This document shows, piece by piece, positions 63,426 through 64,000 of a DNA stretch of 64,000 nt. The stretch comes from Selaginella moellendorffii. Lineage: Eukaryota; Plantae; Lycopodiophyta. The notes beneath the pieces are model-generated. The model was not told the origin of the DNA and searched no databases. It worked only from the letters and a program-made list of their open reading frames with translations. A program made the position numbers and the translations under genes. The stretch lies in NCBI RefSeq assembly GCF_000143415.4, contig NW_003314420.1, forward strand, positions 41,279 to 105,278, read 5' to 3'. Every line of letters begins with the position of its first letter. The stretch's first letter is position 1.

Positions 63426-64000
63426 TAATTGTGGCTTTTAGGGCAAACAAGAGCGAGGCAAACCACAGGGTGCTATGAAAAGAGCAGGCAAATCTATGGG
63501 TTACTGCAAGATTCTTCCTCTCTCCTTCTTTCCCTGTGTGTGGGATTATGTGCAGAATTCTCTTTCAGTGTACTTCAGTTATATATTATAAGAAAAAGGT
63601 GCTGCGTGCATGGTGCCCCATCTTTGATAAGGTTGGTTTAGGTGTTCTGCTATGGGAATGAATAGGCCTTCATTTCACCATAGGATGTCATAAATTATTA
63701 TTGTAATTTCTTTGTACATACTTTGATAAGGCAATCCTAGGAAGACCTCATTTTGGTAATTTTTGAAGGAAATGATAGTTCATGGGCATTAGGAATGCAT
63801 ATTTCCATCACTTTACTAGATAATAATAATACAGTTACTCATTAGCATTTAGACCCCAGCTCTGTTGAGCAAAAAAATATAACTTTTGAATTGAGCAGTA
63901 TACAAACATCCACATTTTGCTAGTGAATTTGGCAGTAACAGTGAATTCCTGAAGTACCAATTGTACTCTTTTCTTTCGGTTTTGAAGTTATGCTTAATCA

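Overview
Repeat-dense eukaryotic (plant) genomic DNA with four N-gaps and no clearly intact host gene. About 50-bp GT-AG introns, PLS-class PPR remnants and an LRRC9-like (cilia-associated) gene remnant suggest a flagellate-sperm land plant such as Selaginella (inference). The window is a nest of transposons: a Ty3/Gypsy element with a 174-bp LTR, tRNA-Ala PBS and a -1 frameshift slippery site plus pseudoknot; a complete-ended hAT element with 8-bp TSD; 5S-rRNA-bearing Cassandra-type TRIM LTRs; a large-LTR retroelement family; Copia remnants; and several Helitrons with many 3' termini next to host gene fragments (SERINC, BIG ARF-GEF, LRRC9-like, coiled-coil, malate dehydrogenase). A ~17.3-kb inversion (about 29205-46542) can be reconstructed from both breakpoints. 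The main finding is a ~12-kb TIR element (46935-58978, 4-bp TSD). It carries a Sola1-like DDD transposase and a divergent multi-exon gene for a ParB-like domain, a possible degenerate N4/N6 DNA-methyltransferase-like fold, an acidic tract and an FCP1-type HAD phosphatase. About 20 copies of a 22-bp palindrome (ATGGCRTG-N6-CAYGCCAT) are scattered only inside this element, mostly in introns and other non-coding parts. This suggests a transposon-encoded ParB/parS-like self-recognition or anti-silencing system. All family assignments come from motifs read by eye; no database search was run.
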